Below are positions 45,977 to 55,789 of a stretch of 64,000 nt of DNA, one piece after another. The notes under the pieces were generated by a model. The model was not told where the DNA came from, ran no database searches, and was given only the letters and a program-made list of their open reading frames with translations. Source of the DNA: an uncultured Candidatus Bathyarchaeia archaeon (GTDB lineage Archaea; Thermoproteota; Bathyarchaeia; 40CM-2-53-6); contig CAZLHM010000006.1 of assembly GCA_964559555.1 (NCBI GenBank), forward strand, positions 9,008 through 73,007, in the 5' to 3' direction. The translations under genes were made by a program, and so were the position numbers. How positions within the stretch are numbered: the first letter of the stretch is position 1; the number at the start of each line of letters is the position of its first letter.

Positions 45977-47872
45977 TTGAGAACGGAAAGAATCATCTTC
46001 CGAAGTAAACTGCGCCCGATATTGGTCATGCTCCTGACAGCGACCACAGCAGCCTGTCTCGTGGCTAGGACGCCTATCCGAGCTGAGAGTAGCGACGATT
46101 GGATGGACTGGGCCAACATTGCGTGGTCATACTTCCAGCCAAGTGTTGGGGTCAATTCGAACACCGGCCTACATTACCCTACGTCAGGTTGGCATCGATT
46201 CACAGATTGGGACGTGGGCGTCTATGTCGACGCGATCATGGACGCAGAGAAACTCGGCATCGTCAGCAGAGAGGGAACTTGGGGATCAGACTTCAGGATA
46301 GAGAGAGTGCTCAGCTTTCTTGAGACACGACAGCTGACAAGCGATGGCTTGCCTTACGCACAATACGACGCTGAGACCGGCAAGGTTCCTAGTGATATTG
46401 GAAGCAAGACCGCTCATCAGTCCGACAGCGGAAAGATGCTCATAGCCCTCGGCGAATTGAGGAATCTGAGACCGGGGCTGACAACAAGGATCAACGCCCT
46501 TGTCGCGAGACACAACTTCACCAAGTTTGCCGAGAGCAACTACTTCTCGGGAAATGACGTGTATCCGTTCTATGCAGCTCAGGGTTACCGCGCCTTTGGA
46601 TACTCGACGCCGGCGCTGCGATCGCTCAACTCGTTAGGAGTTGGCGGGAAATTCGTTGACGTGTATGGCATACAACTCCCATTGGCACATGTAACATCGG
46701 AACCGCTGGTGTGGGCAATACTCGAGAACCACGTCGAGGATCCACTCTACAGAACCTATGCGGACAGGGCTTTCACAGCCCAACAGAAGCGGTACGAGGC
46801 TACGGGTAAGCTGACCGCGTTCAGTGAAGGCTCCTACTGGGACCCGCACAATTTTGTGTGGGAGCTGATCGTAAACTGGAATGGGGAGACCTGGGTCATA
46901 TACGCGTCGGGGAAGATCAACGTCGTCCCATTAGCCTATGCGAAGTTGGCATTCGCGTTCCACGCAATCTACCATACCCAGTACACGGCGTTGTTGGTTA
47001 ATGAGTTCTCTTCAATGTATGTGAGTCCTTCGGGAGGGTTCTATGAGGGCAAGTCGGAGCAGGGAGCAACGCTCGGGATCCTCAGTGACAAGACAAACGG
47101 CATGATCCTCGCCGCCGCCCGATACTACCTATCCAGTTCACAGCAGAAGGGATTCGAACTGCATCTTCAACCCTCAAACGCGACGGTCATTCGAGGAGGA
47201 AAGGCGAACTTCACCGTTCAGCTCGCGAGAATTGGCTTGTTCTCAGAGGAGGTGGCCCTGAGCTTGGCAGGGCTTCCAGCCGGCGCTTCATATCTCCTCG
47301 ATCGCTCACAGGCAACTCCGCCGGCGACTGTTGATCTACAGATCACGGCCTCGCCGAAAGCTCTAGTGGGCAGCTATGTCTTCAGCGTGAATGGAGCGAG
47401 CAAGAGCGTCTCGAATTCTGCCTCGGCAACCTTGATGGTGAGGTCGCTGACAACCACGACACTACAGCTGGAATCACTGACCGTAAGCCTCCCTGAGAAG
47501 GTGAAGATAGTGGGCAGCACTGGACCTCCGAGAGTAGCCGCCGTCACGCTGTACGTCAGCTTTAATGGCTCCACGTGGACGAAGCTCAAGACGGTCTACT
47601 CTAGCGAGAACGGCATATTTCGCGTGGTCTACTCGCCTCCGCAGCTCGGCACGTATGTGATTAAGGCTGAAGCTGCCGAATCTGAATACTACCTGGCGTC
47701 AGAGAGCCCTTCAGTGACGTTCACAGCTGTTCCAGAGTTCGCATTCATAACAACCGTGGCGATCATGCTTCTCGCGGTGCTATTACTGGTCAGATGCTCC
47801 ATGACATGGAAGCCATCGAGTACGCCGGGCAGAGTCATCATTCGAAACAGGTCAGGGTCCTACGTCTCCTAG
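45977..47872 (+). CDS. Secreted surface protein with a PEF-CTERM-like sorting signal (paralog A)
   Basis: A signal peptide (...ARTPIRAES/SDDW; likely start about 46028) precedes a conserved approximately 400 aa N-domain (WHRFTDWDVGVY), an Ig/CARDB-like domain and a transthyretin-like domain. The C-terminal VPEF is followed by a TM helix and a basic tail. Confidence 0.6.
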   Translation: MRTERIIFRSKLRPILVMLLTATTAACLVARTPIRAESSDDWMDWANIAWSYFQPSVGVNSNTGLHYPTSGWHRFTDWDVGVYVDAIMDAEKLGIVSREGTWGSDFRIERVLSFLETRQLTSDGLPYAQYDAETGKVPSDIGSKTAHQSDSGKMLIALGELRNLRPGLTTRINALVARHNFTKFAESNYFSGNDVYPFYAAQGYRAFGYSTPALRSLNSLGVGGKFVDVYGIQLPLAHVTSEPLVWAILENHVEDPLYRTYADRAFTAQQKRYEATGKLTAFSEGSYWDPHNFVWELIVNWNGETWVIYASGKINVVPLAYAKLAFAFHAIYHTQYTALLVNEFSSMYVSPSGGFYEGKSEQGATLGILSDKTNGMILAAARYYLSSSQQKGFELHLQPSNATVIRGGKANFTVQLARIGLFSEEVALSLAGLPAGASYLLDRSQATPPATVDLQITASPKALVGSYVFSVNGASKSVSNSASATLMVRSLTTTTLQLESLTVSLPEKVKIVGSTGPPRVAAVTLYVSFNGSTWTKLKTVYSSENGIFRVVYSPPQLGTYVIKAEAAESEYYLASESPSVTFTAVPEFAFITTVAIMLLAVLLLVRCSMTWKPSSTPGRVIIRNRSGSYVS

Positions 47873-47994
47873 GAATCGTGGACTACGTGACATGGAATTT
47901 GCGTCTTCAAGACCAGAGCAAGGGGGGCCCAGACTCGTGGTGAGACAAATCGATTCCTATGCTCTACCGCATAGAAACAGCATCATTTCTGCGA

Positions 47995-48012
47995 CACGGG
48001 GGAGCCCCCCCT
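47995..48012. repeat. Perfect C7-TCTA-G7 hairpin within a G/C homopolymer-rich inter-paralog spacer
   Basis: The sequence ccccccc tcta ggggggg is flanked by further G5, G6 and G6 tracts between 47915 and 48055. Confidence 0.5.
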
Positions 48013-48062
48013 CTAGGGGGGGTACCCTTGCCCATTCGCGCTTGGCTGGGGGGCTGCTCATC

Positions 48063-49841
48063 ATGATCCTAGTGGCATTGGCATTTGTGGGCAATGAGAT
48101 ATCAAACGCCGAGTCTAGTGATAACTGGGTTGGCTGGGCTAACACCGCTTGGAAGTACTTCCAACCTGAAATCGGCGTGAATTCGAATACCGGTCTGCAC
48201 TATGCCACCTCAGGATGGCATCGCTTCACAGATTGGGATCTCGGCGTGTATATTGAGGCGATGATCGACGCCGAGAAGCTAGGCATACTAGGTCGGGACG
48301 GGACATGGGGCGCAAACTACAGGCTCGACAAGATCCTTGGCTTTCTCGAAAGTCGGCAACTTTCGAGTGATGGGCTACCATTCGCCCAGTACGACGCGGA
48401 GACGGGCCATGTTCCTAGCGACATAGGAACTAGGACGGCTCATCCATCTGACTGTGGCAGGCTGCTGCTCTCCTTGGATGACCTCAGAGTTTTCAGACCT
48501 GACCTCACAGCTAGAATCGGCTCGCTCGTTGCCAGACACAACTTCCAAGCGCTCGCTGAGAGCAGCTACTTCGCTGGGAACGACATCTACCCAGTATACC
48601 TCGCCCAAGGTTACCATGCTTTTGGTTTCTCAACGCCCAGGCTGAGATCCGTTGAGTCTTTGGGCGGCGGAAGTTACGTGTCCGTGTACGGTGAGAGTCT
48701 ACCGAAGGCATGGGTTACAACAGAGCCACTCCTGTCAGCGATACTCGAGAATCGGTCGGTCCATGTCCGCTATAGAACATATTCGGACAGGGTTTTCTCA
48801 GCTCATCAGAAGAGGTACGAAGCGACCGGGAATCTAACAGCATTCAGTGAGGGTTCATACTGGGGACCGTACTACTATGTCTACGAGTGGGTCGTGAATG
48901 CTTTGGGTGAAACTTGGACGGTCTATGCGTCCGAGAAGATACATGCCGTGCCACTTGTCTACTCAAAGATTGCCTTCGCGTTCCACGCAATCTACCACAA
49001 CCAATACACCAACCTTCTGGTGAGTCAGCTGTCACCTCTACAGTCGAGCAGCCCCTCTGGAGGTTACTATGAGGGCAAGTCGGAAGAGGGCGCGACGCTT
49101 TCAGTCTTGAGCGATAAGACGAACGGAATGATCCTCGCAGCTGCCCGCTATTATCTAACGCACGAATCGCAACCAACATTCGAACTAAGCTTTCAACCGT
49201 CAAGCCTCTCGGTCATCAAGGGAGGCAACTCAACATTGTTCGTGCAGCTGACACCCATCGGGGGATTCGGCGACCCTGTCACCCTAACTGTCATGGATGT
49301 GCCATCTGGGGTCTCCTGCCAACTAGGTCAATCGCAAGCAACACCGCCTGCGACAGTGTCCCTCCAAGTCACGGCATCGATTGAAATGTCAGTCGGCACC
49401 TATGAGATCGGTGTGAGTGGAGTTAGCAGTTCTGTCTCCAAGCAATCCCTAGCCACCCTGACGATTCGATCGACGACCAGTACAACGATTCAGCTATCAA
49501 CACATACGGCAAACGTGAGTGAGGCGGTAGAAATCCTCGGCAGTGCTCAGCCCCCGAGAACGGCGACAATAGTGTTTCTTGTGAGTTTCAACGGCTCGAC
49601 GTGGACTCCACTGACAACCGTCAACTCGCACGAAAACGGCACTTTCCGCACGGAGTTCTCACCACTCGAACCAGGAGCATACATGATCAAAGCACAAGCG
49701 GCGGAGAGCGAGTACTACCTGTCTTCGGAAAGCGAGCCTGTAACGGTGACGGCTGTTTCGGAGTTCTCCTCAGTCTTCGTCTTGGCGATCGCACTCTCGG
49801 TGGCCGTTGTGTCCACTACCTTTCTGCGTGAGCGATCCTGA
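48063..49841 (+). CDS. Secreted surface protein with a [S/P]EF-CTERM sorting signal (paralog B)
   Basis: The start is MILVALAFVGNEISNAES/SDNW (the tracked ORF start 47892 is probably an over-extension). It is about 65-70% identical to paralog A throughout. The C-terminal SEF is followed by a TM and LRERS-COOH, the classic archaeosortase-signal geometry. Confidence 0.6.
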   Translation: MILVALAFVGNEISNAESSDNWVGWANTAWKYFQPEIGVNSNTGLHYATSGWHRFTDWDLGVYIEAMIDAEKLGILGRDGTWGANYRLDKILGFLESRQLSSDGLPFAQYDAETGHVPSDIGTRTAHPSDCGRLLLSLDDLRVFRPDLTARIGSLVARHNFQALAESSYFAGNDIYPVYLAQGYHAFGFSTPRLRSVESLGGGSYVSVYGESLPKAWVTTEPLLSAILENRSVHVRYRTYSDRVFSAHQKRYEATGNLTAFSEGSYWGPYYYVYEWVVNALGETWTVYASEKIHAVPLVYSKIAFAFHAIYHNQYTNLLVSQLSPLQSSSPSGGYYEGKSEEGATLSVLSDKTNGMILAAARYYLTHESQPTFELSFQPSSLSVIKGGNSTLFVQLTPIGGFGDPVTLTVMDVPSGVSCQLGQSQATPPATVSLQVTASIEMSVGTYEIGVSGVSSSVSKQSLATLTIRSTTSTTIQLSTHTANVSEAVEILGSAQPPRTATIVFLVSFNGSTWTPLTTVNSHENGTFRTEFSPLEPGAYMIKAQAAESEYYLSSESEPVTVTAVSEFSSVFVLAIALSVAVVSTTFLRERS

Positions 49842-49843
49842 AA

Positions 49844-51418
49844 TTGCGGTTTCCGCTACGCAACCAGAACAACGTGCACCGGCCCGTTGTCACCTCCACT
49901 GGTAGGACTGGTAATCTAGAGCGGAGTCATGATCTTCGGCCTGCTGTGATGGCCTTTCTAGTTCCTTTGGTCATCCGCACGATTCCAGAGGTCATCGCAT
50001 GGCCTTACCCGTTGGGCTTCGATACCGTCTTCTTCTACGTGCCATGGATGCTTCAAGGATATCCTTTCAACTTCTCGTTGCTCGACTTGCTCAGGCAAAC
50101 GAGCCTCTTTCCGGCTGTTGCTACATTGTTGAATCGATGGGTCATAAGCGATCCGATACTGGTCATCAAGGTTCTTGGGCCGCTGCTCTACGGCCTACTA
50201 GGGATTTCGATCTACGAGTTTTCCATTAGGGGGCTCCGTTGGAGTGAGAGAAAATCGCTGATTCTCGTGTACGTTGCGTCAGTATACTTCGTTTCGCTCT
50301 GCATATCTTGGGAGCTGTATCGTCAAATGCTCGGGACAATCTTCCTCCTTCTTGCACTCATAGCCTATACGTCATTCGATGGAAAGGCGCGATATCTTGC
50401 ATTATCCTCCTGTGCCGTACTTGTAGTGATGTCCCATGAATTGGTCGCCGTCATTCTCCTGCTGTCCGTGATGGGCGACGGCGTTTTCAATTTTCTTAGA
50501 AAGAGATACAAGTCAATATCTGTTCTCAAAGTCGCGCTTGCTCTAGTTCCTGCGGGCGTACTTTTCGTCTGTCAGCGATACGGCCCTACTGAGCTGGGCG
50601 CAAACGTGTTGATAGAGGTCTTCAAGGTTGATGCGATCACTATGGCCACACATGTATTTGGTTTCTTGATCTACAGTTTCGCATTTTTGGTTCCGCTGGC
50701 AGCTTACGGGGCGAGACGAGTAGGATCAGGCGTGGTCCATTCGTGGTTTGGCATCTCGCTGGCTCTTGCAATTTGGCCGGTCGCGTTTCCCTTGGCACCC
50801 GCATTCTGGTTTCGTTGGGCGATGTTCATGGTCTACCCACTCGCGATCTATTTCACAGGTGGCTTGTGCGACCTCTTCTCGTTGGCGGGAGGGCGTTCGG
50901 TTGTTGCGCTCAAGGCAACTGCCGTATTGCTCATCCTATCGCTAAGCGTATTGTCAGGCTACTACATCGCAGCCGCCCCTGAGAACTCACATCCTTACTT
51001 CTCCGATCTCAACCCCTACAAGACGTACATCCAATCCTCCATGCTACAGAACACGATTCCGTTGGAAGATGTGGATTCGACAATTGCAGCACTTTCTTGG
51101 TTGGAAGATCGAACGAACGAGCATTCCGTGCTGATATTGCATGAGGCATTCTACGCATGGGCACTTCTGTACACGCACTCGCCCACCTCGATCATTCTGG
51201 TACGTGAAAACAAGCCTCTTTCAGCTGTGACCCGAGAGCCTGCTCTGGGTATGCTGATGGATGAGTCGTCACTCGTGGCTGAGAACGGCTATCAGGTCTA
51301 CACAATATGGTGGGCGAATGGAAAGGGATGGTATATGATTCCAGAATTGCCTAATCAGTTCTCTCTCCTAATGCAATTTGGGAATATCGGCGCTTACGCC
51401 TATGTCGGCGAAGAATGA
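49844..51418 (+). CDS. Large polytopic membrane protein (>=10 TM), possibly GT-C/polymerase-like
   Basis: The likely start is MAFLVPLV at about 49949. The product is hydrophobic throughout with no clear catalytic motif. Confidence 0.45.
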   Translation: MRFPLRNQNNVHRPVVTSTGRTGNLERSHDLRPAVMAFLVPLVIRTIPEVIAWPYPLGFDTVFFYVPWMLQGYPFNFSLLDLLRQTSLFPAVATLLNRWVISDPILVIKVLGPLLYGLLGISIYEFSIRGLRWSERKSLILVYVASVYFVSLCISWELYRQMLGTIFLLLALIAYTSFDGKARYLALSSCAVLVVMSHELVAVILLLSVMGDGVFNFLRKRYKSISVLKVALALVPAGVLFVCQRYGPTELGANVLIEVFKVDAITMATHVFGFLIYSFAFLVPLAAYGARRVGSGVVHSWFGISLALAIWPVAFPLAPAFWFRWAMFMVYPLAIYFTGGLCDLFSLAGGRSVVALKATAVLLILSLSVLSGYYIAAAPENSHPYFSDLNPYKTYIQSSMLQNTIPLEDVDSTIAALSWLEDRTNEHSVLILHEAFYAWALLYTHSPTSIILVRENKPLSAVTREPALGMLMDESSLVAENGYQVYTIWWANGKGWYMIPELPNQFSLLMQFGNIGAYAYVGEE

Positions 51419-52391
51419 TTCAGCCCCTGCAGCAGCACTTTCAGCTGCCAATTCATTGCAGGGTGACCCTCATCCTGTGAAGGTTCGGAAACTCGCGGTT
51501 GTCATTCCAGCTCTCAATGAGGCGACCAGCATAAGCAGAGTCATAGCTGACACGAAGACCGCTCTTTGCGATATTGATCACGAGATCATCATTGTCGATG
51601 GGCAATCTTCGGACGGCACAGACAAGCTTGCGGTGGCTAGCGGCGCTCGTGTGATTTACCAGCCTGGCAAAGGATATGGTGATGCTTTGAGAACTGGATT
51701 TGCATACGCGCGAAAGAGAACTGGTGCTGACGTTATCGTCATGCAAGATGCGGACTTGACATATGATCCCAAGGATGCCCTTGAACTCCTCCGACCGATT
51801 ATGGAAGGCAGGGCGGAGATGGTCGTGGGAAACAGGTTCGAACGAATGGAGCGGGGCGCCATGACACGGGTCAATCTCTTTGGAAACAAACTGCTTTCGA
51901 GTATTGCTAGATTTGCGCTTGATTTGAGAATCGGTGATACCCAATGTGGGATGAGAGCGTTCAAGGCTGATTTGCTTCGCTTTATGACCCTTCAGACAGA
52001 AGGCATGACCACCGCGATCGAGATGCTTTCTGAAGCCAAGTTTGCCGGCGCAACGATCACCGAAGTTCCAATCTCTTATCGCGTCCGGGAGGGACGCACG
52101 AAACTTCACCCGCTGAAGGACGGTCTTCGAATACTTGGTACGATGCTGAGGTTGATGCGTGACAGCAAGCCTCTCATCTTCTTTGGGGGCCTAGGGTTAC
52201 TCTCGACTCTTGGCGGAATTGTGTTGGGGTTGGACATTGTCCTGATCTGGCTAAGCACCGGAGCCATTACGAGGCTCGGCAGCCTGATTCTGTCAGTCCT
52301 GTTACTCGTCGCCGGATTGCAGCTATTCGCTTTCGGGCTGCTTGCAGACATGATAAGAGGCATGCGTCGAGAGTCCAAGAGGATTGAATAG
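51378..52391 (+). CDS. GT2 polyprenyl/dolichyl-phosphate sugar synthase (GtrB/DPM1-like, with 2 C-terminal TM)
   Basis: LAVVIPALNEATSI, IIVDGQSSDGT and QDADLTYDP are present, and C-terminal TM helices are as in GtrB/ArnC. Confidence 0.75.
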   Translation: MGISALTPMSAKNDSAPAAALSAANSLQGDPHPVKVRKLAVVIPALNEATSISRVIADTKTALCDIDHEIIIVDGQSSDGTDKLAVASGARVIYQPGKGYGDALRTGFAYARKRTGADVIVMQDADLTYDPKDALELLRPIMEGRAEMVVGNRFERMERGAMTRVNLFGNKLLSSIARFALDLRIGDTQCGMRAFKADLLRFMTLQTEGMTTAIEMLSEAKFAGATITEVPISYRVREGRTKLHPLKDGLRILGTMLRLMRDSKPLIFFGGLGLLSTLGGIVLGLDIVLIWLSTGAITRLGSLILSVLLLVAGLQLFAFGLLADMIRGMRRESKRIE

Positions 52392-52596
52392 AGTGAGTCA
52401 TGACGCAGGGGCGAAAGTCCCGTGTTGTTGGAGATCCAACTGGAACCGCCACCAAGAGTTCTGTGCCGATCCTCTTGTCTGCAATCCCGTTTGCCGGGAT
52501 AACAGAGAGCCCGCAGCATAGGAGAAACCGTATGTGACATCGCGACCAGAGCTATATCACGCGATTGGCATTCTCTAGCCGGAGTTTGTTCGGGAC

Positions 52597-53652
52597 TTGA
52601 AGAATCACGCCCTGATCACTGGGATAACCGGTCAGGATGGAGCCTACTTGGCAAAATTCCTTCTGGACAAGGGATACCAAGTCTACGGCACGTTCAGAAG
52701 ACTATCAACTCCGAACTTCTGGAGGCTTCAGCACCTCGGCATAAGCAACTCGGTCAATCTGATCCCTGCAGATCTGCTTGATGCGGGATCAATGGTTGAG
52801 GCCATTCGTCTTAGCGAGCCGGATGAGATCTACAACTTGGCTGCACAAAGCTTTGTGGGAGCGTCCTTCGAGGAACCTGTTGCAACTGCAGAAATCTCAG
52901 GAGTGGGAGTGGTTAGGATTCTTGATGCGATTAGACAGCTTTGCCCACACGTCAAATTGTACCAAGCCTCCACCAGTGAGATGTTCGGGAATCTCGGCCA
53001 AGACAAGGAGCCAATAGCGGAAAGCGTGAATTTCAAACCAGTCAGCCCCTACGCAGCTGCGAAGGTCTACGGTCATTATGTGACTAGAATCTATCGTGAA
53101 GCATACGGCATTTTCGCGTGTAATGGGATCCTCTTCAATCACGAATCTCCCCTTAGAGGCTTGGAGTTCGTTACAAGAAAGATTTCAAACGGAGTGGCGA
53201 AGATTGCTCTCGGTCTTTCACACGATCTGAGGCTTGGCAACCTGAATAGCAGGAGAGACTGGGGATACGCTCCGGAATATGTTGAATCCATGTGGATGAT
53301 GCTTCAGCAGGACCAGCCAGACGACTACATCATAGCTACAGGCGAATCTCACACTGTTTCTGAGGTGGTGGAGATGGCTTTCAAGGAGGCTGATCTGGAT
53401 TGGAGAGAATACGTCAAGATCGACAATGCGCTCTTTCGACCTCTCGATGTTGACTCATTATGCGGAGACTACTCGAAGGCATCCAAGAAGTTTGGGTGGA
53501 GACCGCGGACAGGTCTACCTGACCTAGTCAGACTCATGGTGAAGGAAGACATCTCTAGGTGGCGGAGACATCTCAAGGGAGAGACGTTCCCTTGGGACGC
53601 TCCTAGCTATCCAGACGAGATGCGCGTGCTAACGAGATCGACGCAGTCGTGA
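52597..53652 (+). CDS. gmd: GDP-mannose 4,6-dehydratase
   Basis: ALITGITGQDGAYLAKFLLDKGYQVYG, the catalytic YxxxK (YAAAKVYGHY) and the TSE triad are present. Confidence 0.85.
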   Translation: MKNHALITGITGQDGAYLAKFLLDKGYQVYGTFRRLSTPNFWRLQHLGISNSVNLIPADLLDAGSMVEAIRLSEPDEIYNLAAQSFVGASFEEPVATAEISGVGVVRILDAIRQLCPHVKLYQASTSEMFGNLGQDKEPIAESVNFKPVSPYAAAKVYGHYVTRIYREAYGIFACNGILFNHESPLRGLEFVTRKISNGVAKIALGLSHDLRLGNLNSRRDWGYAPEYVESMWMMLQQDQPDDYIIATGESHTVSEVVEMAFKEADLDWREYVKIDNALFRPLDVDSLCGDYSKASKKFGWRPRTGLPDLVRLMVKEDISRWRRHLKGETFPWDAPSYPDEMRVLTRSTQS

Positions 53653-53855
53653 TGGCGTGTCCACCGTCTCTCAACGAAGAATGGATTATCGGACTGGCGC
53701 TGCCGCAGGATTTGACAGATACAGCTCCAAGACGCTTGCTGACATCGAGCTTTGGGACTGCCTTTCCCGGTTACTATCCGGAATCCTCTAGAGACTGTGG
53801 CTGCAGGAAAGGGGGAGTTCAGCATCAAGATGGTCGTGGCGCGAAAGGTGAGTAG

Positions 53856-55706
53856 TTGAACCGCCCGAGTGTGGCATCAGTGCTTCTGGCGATCCTCTCG
53901 TTAGGAACAGTGCTATCAGGGGTCGCGATGCTCAACTGGCCACTGCCTTCCGGTACGCGGAACTATGTTGGAGAAGTGTGCACATGCAGAAAGATGAAAC
54001 AAAGTGAGCGCATAGTACGCGTGACCCAATTTGGGCAAGCCCCAATCGTAGATGGCAAGATCGATGCCACCGAGTGGATGAATGCGAATTTTCTGAGGAC
54101 CACTACTGAGGTGGGAAACTTCACTATCGCTGCGAAGCAGCTATTCACGCAGCTCAAGGATCTATTCTTACTCATTGAACTGAGATCAGTAGCAACTCAA
54201 ATCCAAGACGTGGAGATTGCACTGCAATTCAGCCAGACATACTTGATTCAAATCACGCCAGGCGGCGAGGAGACCGTGACGCTGGAATCGAAAGGAGGAC
54301 CCTGGCTTAAGTATGAAGGTCCAGAGTTTGCTGTCCAGAACTCCTCGTTGTCAACTGAAGGAGACAAGTCCATAATCACTGTGGAAATGAAGATCCGCCT
54401 TGATTCACTGTTTCAACGAACGCTACCGAATCTGGCAGTGGCAACTGCGCAGGGAGAGAAGATGCTTTGGCCTGCAGGCGCAAACTTGGATAAGCCCCAG
54501 ACGTGGGCGACCCTCGTGGGCCTTCTGCAGGATGACCTTAAGATTCAGCGGGTCTGGATAGGCGACGCTAACGGAAGCCTGGTTACACCAAGCGGGGAGG
54601 AGGACTACTTCGTTTGGGTCTCGGTAGCCAACCCGGGACCTGGAGCAGTGAAGTCCGTATTCAGAGTGATCCTCGACGGAACCATTGTGAACGAAACTCT
54701 GTCTGCGATACCGAACTGGGATAAGCTTCTCAACTACTCGTTCAGGATCGGGCCATCGTCACGGGGACAACACAACGTGACAATAGTTCTTAATCCCGAT
54801 TTCTCAGTGTTCGAAGAGAACTATCAGAACAATGCTGCCACACATCTATACTATGTAGGCAACTACACTCTGGCAAGACTAGAGCTGAATCTGCTGAAAA
54901 GCCATGATGTCAAGGTGAATGGTACACTGCTTACGACCGATTCATCTGGCTGGCTTCAGTTTCAGGTTCTCCCACACACTTCAGCATACGCAGTTTCTGT
55001 CGAACCATTAGTCAACTTGACTCGCGGGGAGAGAGCTGTGTTCTCCGGCTGGCTCAATGGACCTTCCTCGCCCCAGATAGTTGCACGGGTTCCTGCAAAC
55101 GAGTCCCTCTACTTGAGAGGAGTGTATAGCAGGGAGGACCTTCTGAATGTCACGTCCGTAATCGGCTCAACTAGTGGAGGAGGATGGTACGAGAAAGGAT
55201 CCTCCGCAAACTACTCGGTGGAGCCCCTCGTTGAACTGGGGCATGATACGCGCTACGTGTTTTGCTGGTGGGGCGGCGACGTTCTCGATTATCGTTCGAA
55301 CGCCACCGCAGCGATGGAACGCCCTGAGAACGTGGAAGCAGTGTGGTGTAAGCAGTACTTGGTGAGCCTAGCCTCTCAACTAGGTACGCCCGAAGGCGGT
55401 GGGTGGTACAATGAGGGTAGCGATGCCACCGTTCGCGTCGAGGCGGACTATCCGCTATTGAGGTTCGATAGGTGGATTGATGAACGTGGCAACCAATTCG
55501 TTTCCCCCGTTTTGGTCGCAAGAGTCGACGCACCAAGAACACTCAACGCAGTCTGGGAACTGGACTTGCGTCAACTGTTCCTTCTTCTTGCATTCGCCGG
55601 AATTGGCCTAGGGCCCTATCTGGCTCGCTTGACTACGGAGCCGCCTTTCCAAGAGGAGACTCGCTCAAGACAAATGAGCCGATACGTCTTGGTCGACGAC
55701 TTATGA
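53856..55706 (+). CDS. Secreted repeat-containing surface protein with a C-terminal TM anchor
   Basis: It starts at TTG with a signal peptide. It has repeated GGGWY...GS.A..SVE...W.G motifs (at TSGGGWYEKGSSANYSVE and TPEGGGWYNEGSDATVRVE) and a C-terminal hydrophobic helix. Confidence 0.5.
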   Translation: MNRPSVASVLLAILSLGTVLSGVAMLNWPLPSGTRNYVGEVCTCRKMKQSERIVRVTQFGQAPIVDGKIDATEWMNANFLRTTTEVGNFTIAAKQLFTQLKDLFLLIELRSVATQIQDVEIALQFSQTYLIQITPGGEETVTLESKGGPWLKYEGPEFAVQNSSLSTEGDKSIITVEMKIRLDSLFQRTLPNLAVATAQGEKMLWPAGANLDKPQTWATLVGLLQDDLKIQRVWIGDANGSLVTPSGEEDYFVWVSVANPGPGAVKSVFRVILDGTIVNETLSAIPNWDKLLNYSFRIGPSSRGQHNVTIVLNPDFSVFEENYQNNAATHLYYVGNYTLARLELNLLKSHDVKVNGTLLTTDSSGWLQFQVLPHTSAYAVSVEPLVNLTRGERAVFSGWLNGPSSPQIVARVPANESLYLRGVYSREDLLNVTSVIGSTSGGGWYEKGSSANYSVEPLVELGHDTRYVFCWWGGDVLDYRSNATAAMERPENVEAVWCKQYLVSLASQLGTPEGGGWYNEGSDATVRVEADYPLLRFDRWIDERGNQFVSPVLVARVDAPRTLNAVWELDLRQLFLLLAFAGIGLGPYLARLTTEPPFQEETRSRQMSRYVLVDDL

Positions 55707-55789
55707 GAGCCTTGGCAGGACCAATTCCAAGCGTCCGGGATACTAACAGTCGCGCGCGTAGCATCTCGCCTATGTAGTCGGGTCGAGCT

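Noticed and set aside
49844-51418. AglB/STT3 oligosaccharyltransferase identity for the 524-aa membrane protein (IWWANG near the C-terminus).
   Set aside because: There is no WWDYG motif and no large C-terminal soluble domain. The size is too small, so it is left as a hypothetical polytopic membrane protein.
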